Assembly (NCBI GenBank): GCA_963552845.1
Contig: CAUVMY010000001.1
Location: 1 to 27,104 of the forward strand
Direction of reading: 5' to 3'
From: an uncultured Bacteroidia bacterium
GTDB taxonomy: Bacteria > Bacteroidota > Bacteroidia > Bacteroidales > CAJPTX01
DNA: 27,104 bases
Shown: positions 1 through 7,964 of the stretch, piece by piece
Layout of the letters: the number at the start of each line of letters is the position of its first letter
How positions within the stretch are numbered: the first letter of the stretch is position 1
The notes under the pieces: model-generated
Seen by the model: only the letters and a program-made list of their open reading frames with translations
The model's database searches: none
Told to the model about the DNA's origin: nothing
Translations under genes and position numbers: made by a program

Positions 1-50
1 TTAAGACCACGCCGCTTACTACCAACTACTTACAATGAAACGAAAAACGA

Positions 51-440
51 CTATTCTTCTACTGGTGTCTCACTAGGTTGCGAAGCATCTGCAGCTGGTG
101 TTTCCGCCGCAGGGACTTCTGCCCCCTCAGGAACATCAGGTACGGTAGTAGGCATTACCCCAGAGGTTGTACGCTGCACCTGTTCTTGAATACGAGACTG
201 TTGTGAATCATCCTGTGTATGAGGGATAGCCGCCACTGCGACCACGCAAAAAAGAACAAGTGCTACCGCGAGCGTCCAAGTAGACTTCTCTAGAAAGTCA
301 GCCGTCTTACGTACGCCCATCACTTGCCCTGCGCCCGAGAAGTTCGAGGCTAAACCGCCACCTTTGGAGTTCTGCACAAGCACTATCAGTATTAGCAAGA
401 AGCAAACAATCAGAATCAGTACTGAAAAAAGACTATACAT
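51..440 (-). CDS. secG: Preprotein translocase subunit SecG
   Basis: Two TM helices around 'VLVQNSKGGGLASNF...GVRKTADFLEKSTW', the Bacteroidota SecG signature; low-complexity C-tail. Confidence 0.96.
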   Translation of the reverse strand: MYSLFSVLILIVCFLLILIVLVQNSKGGGLASNFSGAGQVMGVRKTADFLEKSTWTLAVALVLFCVVAVAAIPHTQDDSQQSRIQEQVQRTTSGVMPTTVPDVPEGAEVPAAETPAADASQPSETPVEE

Positions 441-453
441 CGTATCCTACCAC

Positions 454-1332
454 TCAATCATTAGACAACTTGAGCAACGCATTGAGCCGCTCAATTTCCT
501 CTGCAAAGTAAGTACTTTTTTCTGGAAACGTTTGTACAAGTTTCTCATAGACATGAATGGCGCTTTCGTACTCTGCAAAACTCTCATGAAGTTTCGCTAC
601 GCGCTCCATTGTGGTTGTACTATGTACACTGCGGGAGGCTTCGCTCAAATCCTCTGGCTCAATCCCCATACGCTCCTCTTCTTCAGCCTCGCGCTGCACA
701 GTAGCTTTTATGCCGTCTTCAGCATTTAGATTTTGCAAGAAATTATTGATTAGTGCCATTTGCTCTTCAGGAGTTACTGGATGCCAAAACTCGCGAGCTG
801 CAAATGTGTCTGATGCCGATGGAGCACTATATCGTGGGTTGAGATGTGTGGTTGTATAGAGATAGATTTCTTCCTCGCCAAGGTGTTCTGTAGTCTCCAA
901 AGTATAGAGTGCAGCCGCTGGAAATGGTACAACACTCTGTAAAGAATGTTCAAGCACACCCGTCAATTCATTTTTCTCATTCGTTGCCGCAATACTACTT
1001 ACTGTAGGAAGTGTCATTGTAGAAAGCGCACCCTTTTCTACTGTTTCCTTCTGTTCGCGAAGTAGATTCAGACGTATAGCGTCGCGATAACGAAAAAACG
1101 CAAAGACATCGGATAGTGCTATCGCGGCTCGGCTTCTTCGCACTGTCACTTCTTCGGCATTCTTACTCAGCGCTTCGGCATTGGCGGCTACCAAGAGTTG
1201 AATCCCCTGAAAAAAGGGATAGCTAGTTTCCAAAGCAAGTAACTGCTTAACCTCTTCTTTAGTAAGAAGATGTGGCGTACGAAGTAGAGAATAAAAAAAG
1301 GCAGTATTGTCCATCGCAGAAGAGTCGTACAC
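454..1332 (-). CDS. Conserved hypothetical protein with C-terminal TPR-like motif
   Basis: N-terminal 'YPFFQ' and C-terminal 'AIHVYEKLVQTFPEKSTYFAEEIERL' are typical of the Bacteroidota gene between lptE and secG. Start uncertain (GTG 1332 or ATG 1314). Confidence 0.8.
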   Translation of the reverse strand: MYDSSAMDNTAFFYSLLRTPHLLTKEEVKQLLALETSYPFFQGIQLLVAANAEALSKNAEEVTVRRSRAAIALSDVFAFFRYRDAIRLNLLREQKETVEKGALSTMTLPTVSSIAATNEKNELTGVLEHSLQSVVPFPAAALYTLETTEHLGEEEIYLYTTTHLNPRYSAPSASDTFAAREFWHPVTPEEQMALINNFLQNLNAEDGIKATVQREAEEEERMGIEPEDLSEASRSVHSTTTMERVAKLHESFAEYESAIHVYEKLVQTFPEKSTYFAEEIERLNALLKLSND

Positions 1333-1848
1333 TTACCAATTGGCTACAGCAGCGTTGAAAATATCTTCAATCAATTTTTCTTGTATGGTAGATACCAATG
1401 CAGGTTCGCTGTCTGCGAACGACTGCGATGCAGGATAATCAGTATAGAAGGAGAAAGTGCGCTCAAAGTTCGCTTTCTCATCCTTTACGTTCACAAACTT
1501 TACCTTTACTGTGATGGTAAGTCTATTTAGAGCAGCGGTCTCATTCCCCTGAATTGCAACAGGCGCAACCTCATATCCAACAATCTCTCCAGAGAATGCG
1601 AGATCGCCCGCAAAATCTTGAAGCGACAAGCTGGTTTGCGTCACAAAACGCTCCTTGAGCGCCTCTGTAAAATTGGATGCCAGTGTAGGATTAACCAACG
1701 GAGCTACATTAACAAATGGTGCAACACTTACCGTCTTTACTTCTGGCGATATACTTGCCCCCGTAAACGAATATTGTACCTTACACGCCGACAAAAGAAA
1801 TAGCAATGCGACGCAAAGCCCCCACCTCAACGTTCTACCTGTATTCAT
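1333..1848 (-). CDS. lptE: LptE-family LPS assembly lipoprotein
   Basis: Lipobox LSAC followed by 'YSFTGASI', 'NRLTITVKVKF' and C-terminal 'IFNAAVANW', typical of Bacteroidota LptE-like proteins. Confidence 0.85.
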   Translation of the reverse strand: MNTGRTLRWGLCVALLFLLSACKVQYSFTGASISPEVKTVSVAPFVNVAPLVNPTLASNFTEALKERFVTQTSLSLQDFAGDLAFSGEIVGYEVAPVAIQGNETAALNRLTITVKVKFVNVKDEKANFERTFSFYTDYPASQSFADSEPALVSTIQEKLIEDIFNAAVANW

Positions 1849-1857
1849 TTTGCGGCA

Positions 1858-3108
1858 CTATTGGATATCGTATTCTTGGAGTTTGCGATAGAGTGTACGC
1901 AACGAGATCCCGAGTTCTTCTGCCGCTTGCCTCCTGTGTCCATTGTGTTTTTGCAGTGCATGGCGAATCATCTCCTCCTCCATATCGGCAATAGAGCGTG
2001 GTACTTCTTCAATCGTCTCATTGCGCACTTCTTGCACTGGTATTTCCCCATGAATGGGAGCTATAATAGGCGGTTTTATCAGCGCACGATCCTCTCTTTG
2101 TCCACTTAACTCGGCTAACGAACGCAGCGGATTGGCGTGTTCGTTGGGTACGGCATGCACCGCGGCGCTCTCCTGTTGCTGCATCAAGTTGAAGACCACC
2201 TGCCGCAATTCGTCTACATCTCCCCGTAAATCTCGCACCAAGCCATACAACAATTCGCGTTCATGGTCTGGCATTCGTGTTTCATCGGAACGATAAAGTG
2301 CAGGAAGATGACGTTCGGTCGTTTGCGGTATGTAGCGCTGAAGTATTTCAGCTGTAATTTCTCGCTCGGTTTCAATTACCGAGATACGCTCCGCCATATT
2401 CTTTAACTCACGTACGTTGCCAGGCCAACTATAACCCAGAAGCACGGCTTCTGCACGCGCATCCTGCAAACGAATGGGAGGCATATTATATTTCTCTGCA
2501 CACTCGCCCGCGAACCATCGGAAAAGAAGAAGGACATCATCGCCTCGTTCGCGTAGTGGGGGAATACGGATGGGTACTGTTGAGAGACGATAGTAGAGGT
2601 CTTCGCGAAACTTCCCCTCACGAATTGCGGTCTCAAGATTAACGTTGGTAGCCGCAACAATACGGATATCGGTCTGTATCGGCGTAGACGAACCTACTCG
2701 GTAGAATTCGCCAGTCTCTAGAATGCGGAGGAGACGTGCCTGCGTTGTAAGGGGGAGTTCGCCAATTTCATCAAGGAATATGGTCCCTCTGTTTGCCACC
2801 TCGAAATACCCCTCTCTATTCTCTAGTGCTCCTGTAAACGACCCTTTGATGTGCCCAAAGAGTTCGGAGTCTAATGTACCTTCTGGGATTGCAGCACAGT
2901 TAACTGCAACATAGCGACCATGTTTTCGGATACTGTACTGATGCACTATCTGCGGAAAGAACTCCTTACCAGATCCGCTTTCGCCCGTAACCAAGACGGC
3001 AAGATCCGTACTTGCTACTTGATATGCCACTTCTACAGCTCGTAGCAATGCTGCATTATTACCTATGATTTTGAAGCGACGCTTGATCGCCTCTATGTCT
3101 ACACGCAT
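1858..3108 (-). CDS. Sigma-54-interacting AAA+ transcriptional regulator (Fis-type HTH, no N-terminal sensor domain)
   Basis: Walker A GESGSGKE, ELFGH..GSFTGA loop, Walker B IFLDEIGE, FREDLYYRL, WPGNVREL, C-terminal HTH 'AAEELGISLRTLYRKL'. ATG at 3108 preferred over GTG 3123. Confidence 0.93.
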   Translation of the reverse strand: MRVDIEAIKRRFKIIGNNAALLRAVEVAYQVASTDLAVLVTGESGSGKEFFPQIVHQYSIRKHGRYVAVNCAAIPEGTLDSELFGHIKGSFTGALENREGYFEVANRGTIFLDEIGELPLTTQARLLRILETGEFYRVGSSTPIQTDIRIVAATNVNLETAIREGKFREDLYYRLSTVPIRIPPLRERGDDVLLLFRWFAGECAEKYNMPPIRLQDARAEAVLLGYSWPGNVRELKNMAERISVIETEREITAEILQRYIPQTTERHLPALYRSDETRMPDHERELLYGLVRDLRGDVDELRQVVFNLMQQQESAAVHAVPNEHANPLRSLAELSGQREDRALIKPPIIAPIHGEIPVQEVRNETIEEVPRSIADMEEEMIRHALQKHNGHRRQAAEELGISLRTLYRKLQEYDIQ

Positions 3109-3133
3109 AATCTTCGTTCTCACCCCTTATGCA

Positions 3134-3141
3134 CAAAGATA
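3134..3141 (-). promoter_or_regulatory. Bacteroidota housekeeping promoter -7 element (TATCTTTG)
   Basis: Matches TAnnTTTG about 25 nt upstream of the ATG at 3108. Confidence 0.65.
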
Positions 3142-3190
3142 ATTAAAGTTAAGGCGGTGAGATTCTATATTGCTTTGCATAGAACACAAT

Positions 3191-3221
3191 AAAAAAGAGA
3201 GACTCACAGAGCCTCTCTCTT
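3191..3221 (-). terminator. Rho-independent terminator after the ECF/anti-sigma operon
   Basis: Minus strand AAGAGAGAGGCTC-TGT-GAGTCTCTCTTTTTT: long stem merging into a U-tract, 35 nt after the stop at 3257. Confidence 0.75.
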
Positions 3222-3256
3222 GTTACGACGGTCTTATGCTAAACCTACTTTTAGAC

Positions 3257-4195
3257 TTATAGTTGGGCAAGTTGGGTGATGACAAAGTCGATAAACTTCA
3301 CCCCCAACGGGCGCTCAGGCTTTGGTAAATTCTCGTGTAGCTCTTGCATCTGCTCCTCAAATTCGGCAACATCATCTTCAAGCATAATCGTCTCCCAGTC
3401 GTGAAAAGCATCTAAATCTGGCGTTTTGCTTGCAATGAGTAGTGCATCATTCTGTCTTAGAACTGACAAGGCATCTAAGGTAGGCAAGGGTAGCAAGGGC
3501 ATTAGAGCAGGCAGGGGCTCGCCTACAGAAGCTGTAACCTGTCCAGATTGTTCCACCCCTTGCTCCGCCATGGGAAGCGCTATTGCAGAAGCAACAGAAG
3601 GTGTATCAGACTTAGTGGCTTGTTTTGTAGCCACGCTTTGTGCGGGAACTTCATCGGGTGTAATCGCTTCAATTCGCTTTGTGGGTTTAGAGCTGGGAAA
3701 TTCTGCCACGATTGGCTCTTGTGGCTGATGGTCGAACCAATTGCCTCCGAGTAACACGAACAAAAGCAGACACGCAGCAGCGGCAACCGCTTTCCAGAAC
3801 AAGGGAGCAACAATAGGCTCGTGTCTTTTCAAACGTTCTTTGTGCGGGTATACAATATCGGAAGGTGCAACAAGACGCGTTTGTAGAATTGCGGTGCGAA
3901 TCTGTGCATAACGAGAATATGTGCGGCACACGTCATCTAGCTCTTGCGCTTCATGCAGAGTCAACTCTCCCTCCAGTTCCTTGTAGCAAAGCTCCTCAAA
4001 ATGAGAAAGAGGTGCATCGTCCTCACTACGAATGGCTTTCAGACGCGCTCGCATAGCGCTAGTAGCTCCCGTAGTCACGGGCTCTTCACGCTCCAGCTCT
4101 TCGTTTAACGCCAACGCCTCTTCGGCACTTAAAAGCCCTGAACGAAGCCTTGCAAGTCGTTGGTCGTCGTGCTGATCGTTTTGCATTGCTCTCAT
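3257..4195 (-). CDS. Putative single-pass membrane anti-sigma factor
   Basis: Translationally coupled to the ECF sigma (TAATG overlap at 4195); cytoplasmic N-part with 'YPHKERLKR', one TM helix 'AVAAAACLLLFVLL', Pro/Ala-rich periplasmic part. Confidence 0.7.
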   Translation of the reverse strand: MRAMQNDQHDDQRLARLRSGLLSAEEALALNEELEREEPVTTGATSAMRARLKAIRSEDDAPLSHFEELCYKELEGELTLHEAQELDDVCRTYSRYAQIRTAILQTRLVAPSDIVYPHKERLKRHEPIVAPLFWKAVAAAACLLLFVLLGGNWFDHQPQEPIVAEFPSSKPTKRIEAITPDEVPAQSVATKQATKSDTPSVASAIALPMAEQGVEQSGQVTASVGEPLPALMPLLPLPTLDALSVLRQNDALLIASKTPDLDAFHDWETIMLEDDVAEFEEQMQELHENLPKPERPLGVKFIDFVITQLAQL

Positions 4196-4677
4196 TACAG
4201 GATATTGTCTAACTCGCCGATATAGTTTCGTAAAAATTGTCTTGCACGGTGGATATACACCTTCACTTGTGTTTCCGAGAGATTGGCTATTTCGCCGATC
4301 TCGGCATAGCTGTACCCTTCGTAATCTCTCAAAAGTATTGCTGTACGCTGCGTCTCTGGCAGGAGCGCCAGCCCCCGATTGAGGTGTTCCTGAACATCAA
4401 AATTGGGCTGCTGCTCGTAGGAGCGCGAATGTGCTTCCTCTACACTAACTTGTTGTTTCTCTGTACGCATTACATCTACGGCCGCATTGTAGAGCGTGGT
4501 AAACAGATAGGAGCGTGCTTTTTCTGCTCTTACAGCATCGTGTTTCTCCCAGAGGCGTGTAAAACTCTCTTGTACAAGATCCTCCGCCACAACCTGATTA
4601 TTCATCAGACGCAACGCAAAACGGTAAAGACCGTCGGCATACAGATCTACACTTTCATTATACTCCTTAGCCGTCAT
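4195..4677 (-). CDS. RNA polymerase ECF sigma factor (sigma70 group 4)
   Basis: Region 2 'AEDLVQESFTRLW...SYLFT', region 4 'LLRDYEGYSYAEIGEIANLSETQVKVYIHRAR'. ATG 4677 preferred. Confidence 0.95.
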   Translation of the reverse strand: MTAKEYNESVDLYADGLYRFALRLMNNQVVAEDLVQESFTRLWEKHDAVRAEKARSYLFTTLYNAAVDVMRTEKQQVSVEEAHSRSYEQQPNFDVQEHLNRGLALLPETQRTAILLRDYEGYSYAEIGEIANLSETQVKVYIHRARQFLRNYIGELDNIL

Positions 4678-4715
4678 CCCCTCTAACAAGACTCTGGATC
4701 TTAAATCACTTGTAT

Positions 4716-4741
4716 GACGGAAGAGGTTACAAAAAGTTACT
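4716..4741 (-). promoter_or_regulatory. Probable autoregulatory ECF promoter (AGTAAC-N16-CGTC)
   Basis: Minus strand reads aGTAAC tttttgtaacctcttc CGTC about 40 nt upstream of the ECF start, fitting the AAC/CGT ECF promoter consensus with 16-nt spacer. Confidence 0.65.
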
Positions 4742-4889
4742 GTCTGTAGATTTTTTTTCGCCTTGATAACCTCCTGCGGACGAATTTAGTGAATTGCGCT
4801 AAATGGGGCTGTATTGTACAAAAAGGGGCCACTCAGACGTTCCTTTGTTACTAGCAATTTCGTTGGGACGAACGTAAATATTATCCAAG

Positions 4890-5555
4890 ATGTCGCAAAG
4901 AAAAATCTCCCTTCTGACCACCTATGGCTGTTTAACCCTTGTACTACTTTGCAGCGGAGTACTTCAAGCATGTAAATCGAACGAAAGCATCGTACGCGAT
5001 TTCTCGCCAGCCGAGGTAGCTGCTGCCAATACAGCAGCAAACGAAAGCTACTTATCTCCGATTGAAAAAGAAGTTTTCTACTACCTCAATCTGGCTCGTA
5101 TGAACCCCAAAGTCTTTGCACGTACCTACGTAAAAGATTATCTAGGCGCGCCTGGCTACACAAAGGGATATGCCTTCGACGAACGTAAGATCTCCCTCAT
5201 GCGTCGGCTCACAACCATGCAACCGCTCCCAATTATCAAACCCTCACGCAAGTTGTTTGACTTAGCTGAATGTTTTGCCATTGCGCAGGGCAAAAAGGGA
5301 GAAATCGGCCACGACCGAAGTGCTACTAATTGCAATGTGGGCTACCATACTGAGTGTTGTAGCTACGGTAACTATACCTCGGGGCTGTACTATGTTCTTG
5401 AACTCTTAGTAGATTCTGGGGAGCACAATGCTGCCTTGGGACATCGGAACATTCTTCTGGGCGATTTCCTCTTTATGGGAGTTGCGCAACGCGATCACGC
5501 AAGATACAGAAAAGGCGTTGTGCTTGACTTTTGGAGAACCGAAAACGGGAAATAG
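4890..5555 (+). CDS. CAP (SCP) domain lipoprotein
   Basis: Lipobox LQAC; 'YLNLARMNPK', 'IGHD', 'ECCSYG', 'LLVDSG...GHRNIL' CAP-family motifs. Confidence 0.85.
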   Translation: MSQRKISLLTTYGCLTLVLLCSGVLQACKSNESIVRDFSPAEVAAANTAANESYLSPIEKEVFYYLNLARMNPKVFARTYVKDYLGAPGYTKGYAFDERKISLMRRLTTMQPLPIIKPSRKLFDLAECFAIAQGKKGEIGHDRSATNCNVGYHTECCSYGNYTSGLYYVLELLVDSGEHNAALGHRNILLGDFLFMGVAQRDHARYRKGVVLDFWRTENGK

Positions 5556-5597
5556 AACAACTCACATTCTCTGTTATCGTTGCCACATGCCCTACTG

Positions 5598-5622
5598 AAA
5601 GCGGAAAACAAAGTGCCGCTTT
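5598..5622. terminator. Candidate bidirectional terminator between convergent genes
   Basis: AAAGCGG-N11-CCGCTTT inverted repeat between the stops at 5555 (+) and 5629 (-). Confidence 0.45.
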
Positions 5623-5628
5623 GCGCGC

Positions 5629-6384
5629 TTACGTCTCACTCTCAAAAATGAGAGGAGTGCCATAAACAATGTTCTCGTGTGCTATAGACTCTTTACCGCG
5701 CATCTTACGGTAGAGTTGTGCACATGTAGCCGTATCGTGCTGACAATAGGTTGCTATTTTGGGCAGATCACCTTCTTCGTAGAAAGCGCAGTGTACCTTG
5801 CCCCCATCCATTCCCTCCAGAAGTTCGGAGATCCCGAAGGTATAGGCAAGTAGTTCGAGCGATGTGTAGTGTTTGTAGTCTCCGAATTTCCAGAGTTCTA
5901 AGGTGTCTAAAAAATGGGTTTCCCATGGCTTACGCCCCGCTACTCGCAACTCGTCTGGCAACTCCATGTTTTGTACAAGCAGGCGGCGTGCAATATAGGG
6001 GAAATCAAACTCCTTGCCATTGTGCGCACACAGGTAGACCCGCTCATGCAACGAACGGAAGGCTTCTAATGCATTACAGAATTCGGCAAGTACCTTTTGC
6101 TCATCGCCAGCAAAAACCGAGACACGGAGGGTCTCCCCCATTTCAGGTTTCCAGTGAAAATAGCCTAATGAAATGCAGACCACGCGCCCGAACTCGGCAT
6201 AAATTGCACTCCTATCGTACAGACTTGCTGCGGTTTCATCGGCTGTCGTGAAATTGGTTGCTTTTCGCTCCCATAATGCCTGATAGGAAACAGGGGCATC
6301 CGCCAAGCGTTCATACTGCGACACCGTTTCAATGTCAAGAAAAAGGATATCGTAGAGCTCTGGTTCTCGTATTGTTGTACGCAT
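5629..6384 (-). CDS. Stand-alone 3'-5' exonuclease (DEDDy, PolB-exo-like)
   Basis: ExoI 'FLDIETV', ExoII 'HNGKEFDFPY', 'LDTLELWKFGDYKHYTSL', ExoIII 'YCQHD'. Confidence 0.9.
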   Translation of the reverse strand: MRTTIREPELYDILFLDIETVSQYERLADAPVSYQALWERKATNFTTADETAASLYDRSAIYAEFGRVVCISLGYFHWKPEMGETLRVSVFAGDEQKVLAEFCNALEAFRSLHERVYLCAHNGKEFDFPYIARRLLVQNMELPDELRVAGRKPWETHFLDTLELWKFGDYKHYTSLELLAYTFGISELLEGMDGGKVHCAFYEEGDLPKIATYCQHDTATCAQLYRKMRGKESIAHENIVYGTPLIFESET

Positions 6385-6479
6385 GCGACACCATTTACCG
6401 CGTAAAAATAGGGGAAATGCGAAAAAAGCGGGAGCTTATTACTATTTCAACAATCCTTATACGCTTCGTATTCGTCTCC

Positions 6480-7289
6480 CTAATGCTTGATCTCCCAATC
6501 TGAGAAATCGCTCTCAGAGCGACTTTTCAGTTCCTCTAGTTTTTCATTAAACATCTTCTCGAACTGTTCTGCCGATACGACTTGCCCTTTCGGAGGCTCT
6601 ATGGGCACTTTCTTGGAAAGGTACTCTATTTTTATTGCCGTTATGGTTTCATCGTAGACCGACTCTATTTGCAGTATAAGGCCTGGCAATCCGTAAAAAC
6701 CATTAGGGCCAAAAACGGCAGGAATTTCTTTACAGAACCACGCGGTATAAATAGTCTCTGAATCCGTTGCCGAATGGTCGGGGAATTTTATTGTAGCCTT
6801 GGTACACACTTTCCCTAAAATCTCTTTTGTTTCAGAACCAATTTCCCAATTCATTGGTCGGATAGATTCTCGCACTACCAGCTTTTTACCAAAGAAATTT
6901 CTTTGGCTCAGCTGTTCGTGTTTATCAAGGTCAAGATAGAGATTAGGGACATCGTCTATATTATACCCTCCCGCAGGATCTTCAAAGAGTTCTATGTTAC
7001 CCGATTTCTGATAACTAGGAAGTTCTGTGTGCCCGCTCTCCCGTTCAAGTGAGAAGTTGCTTTTCGCTCCTTGTTGAATCAGGAGGTTGTACCTTTTTAT
7101 ATGCTCAGTTTTGGGGACATTCGCTTCAATTAGTTTCTGGAGCGCCTCATCTACTCCAGGTCCTGCTACCTCAACACGTATTTCAGACTCAAGCTCCGTA
7201 AGATACGTTACCGCAAGCATGCGTTGTTGTGCCATCGCTGAAACAACAGAGAAGACCCAAAAAACAAAAATGGTATATTTCTTCCTCAT
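6480..7289 (-). CDS. GLPGLI family secreted protein (copy 1)
   Basis: Signal peptide MRKKY...SAMA/Q; 'W...ETKEILG..CTKAT', 'AWFCKEIPAVFGP.GFYGLPGLIL' family motif. Confidence 0.92.
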   Translation of the reverse strand: MRKKYTIFVFWVFSVVSAMAQQRMLAVTYLTELESEIRVEVAGPGVDEALQKLIEANVPKTEHIKRYNLLIQQGAKSNFSLERESGHTELPSYQKSGNIELFEDPAGGYNIDDVPNLYLDLDKHEQLSQRNFFGKKLVVRESIRPMNWEIGSETKEILGKVCTKATIKFPDHSATDSETIYTAWFCKEIPAVFGPNGFYGLPGLILQIESVYDETITAIKIEYLSKKVPIEPPKGQVVSAEQFEKMFNEKLEELKSRSESDFSDWEIKH

Positions 7290-7300
7290 TATCTGCAATC

Positions 7301-7329
7301 AAAAAGGGCAGAGCGTTCTCCCTCTGCCC
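7301..7329 (-). terminator. Intrinsic terminator/attenuator between peptide gene and GLPGLI gene
   Basis: Minus strand GGGCAGAG-ggagaacg-CTCTGCCC-TTTTT: perfect 8-bp GC-rich stem plus U-tract, 10 nt after the peptide stop. Confidence 0.8.
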
Positions 7330-7339
7330 ATATTTAACA

Positions 7340-7591
7340 TCAAACAACACAAGTCACCCAACGCAACTCTTTACGAATTTCAAACAAGTACCACTGACCC
7401 GTTTTTTTGTTTTTTCTGTATACATACACATCAACCTCAACTAATTTACAGTTAACCTCATCTTTGAAGACGGGAGCTACGGTCTGTTGAAGCGACTGTG
7501 ATGTTACAGAACTCTGATTTGCTTTTGCTTCTAGAGCAAACACTGCAGTAATAAACAGTACCGCAAGTGCAATCAAACTTTTTCTTACAAT
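7340..7591 (-). CDS. Small secreted two-Cys peptide (signal peptide, spacer, C-terminal putative beta-hairpin)
   Basis: (IV)RKSLIALAVLFITAVFALEAKA/ signal peptide, then core CKLVEVDVYVYRKNKKTGQWYLFEIRKELRWVTC; own promoter and terminator. No ATG: in-frame ATT at 7591 or TTG at 7576. Confidence 0.7.
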   Translation of the reverse strand: MVRKSLIALAVLFITAVFALEAKANQSSVTSQSLQQTVAPVFKDEVNCKLVEVDVYVYRKNKKTGQWYLFEIRKELRWVTCVV

Positions 7592-7640
7592 GACCTAAAC
7601 CGTTTTACCTAGAGAGACAAGACTAGTCTTCTTTCTATTG

Positions 7641-7670
7641 CAAATATATACATTATCTTGAAATATCAAA
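7641..7670 (-). promoter_or_regulatory. Bacteroidota promoter TTTG-N18-TATATTTG for left peptide cassette
   Basis: Plus-strand CAAATATA (7641-7648) and CAAA (7667-7670) read as -7 and -33 elements on the minus strand. Confidence 0.7.
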
Positions 7671-7964
7671 ATAAGTCGCGCTATTTGTATGTAGATTTTA
7701 TTATTCATGGAAGCAAAAGCATTTCCCTTGCACCGCATATAGCGCCAATAAAAACCAGAAGATAAGCTGATATAGACTCGTCTGCGATGCCCTTTCTCAC
7801 AAACCTCATTGTGCGTCAGCTACCGAAATTAGCATGAAAATTTATAATACGCTGCCCATAAGGGAATTCGTTGCCTGCCCACGCATATCATTATGCGGTA
7901 TCTCAGAACAACTGGAAGAACAAAGACGTACCCCTAGAAGGAAATGTTCGTTAGACCGTAACAG

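Noticed and set aside
7306..7351. Possible selenocysteine read-through of the left peptide (TGT GTT GTT TGA TGT TAA = CVVUC) with a hairpin 10 nt after the TGA, tempting given selU nearby
   Set aside because: The hairpin has a U-tract and is better explained as a terminator. selU does not imply Sec decoding, and no selA/selB/selC evidence is in the window
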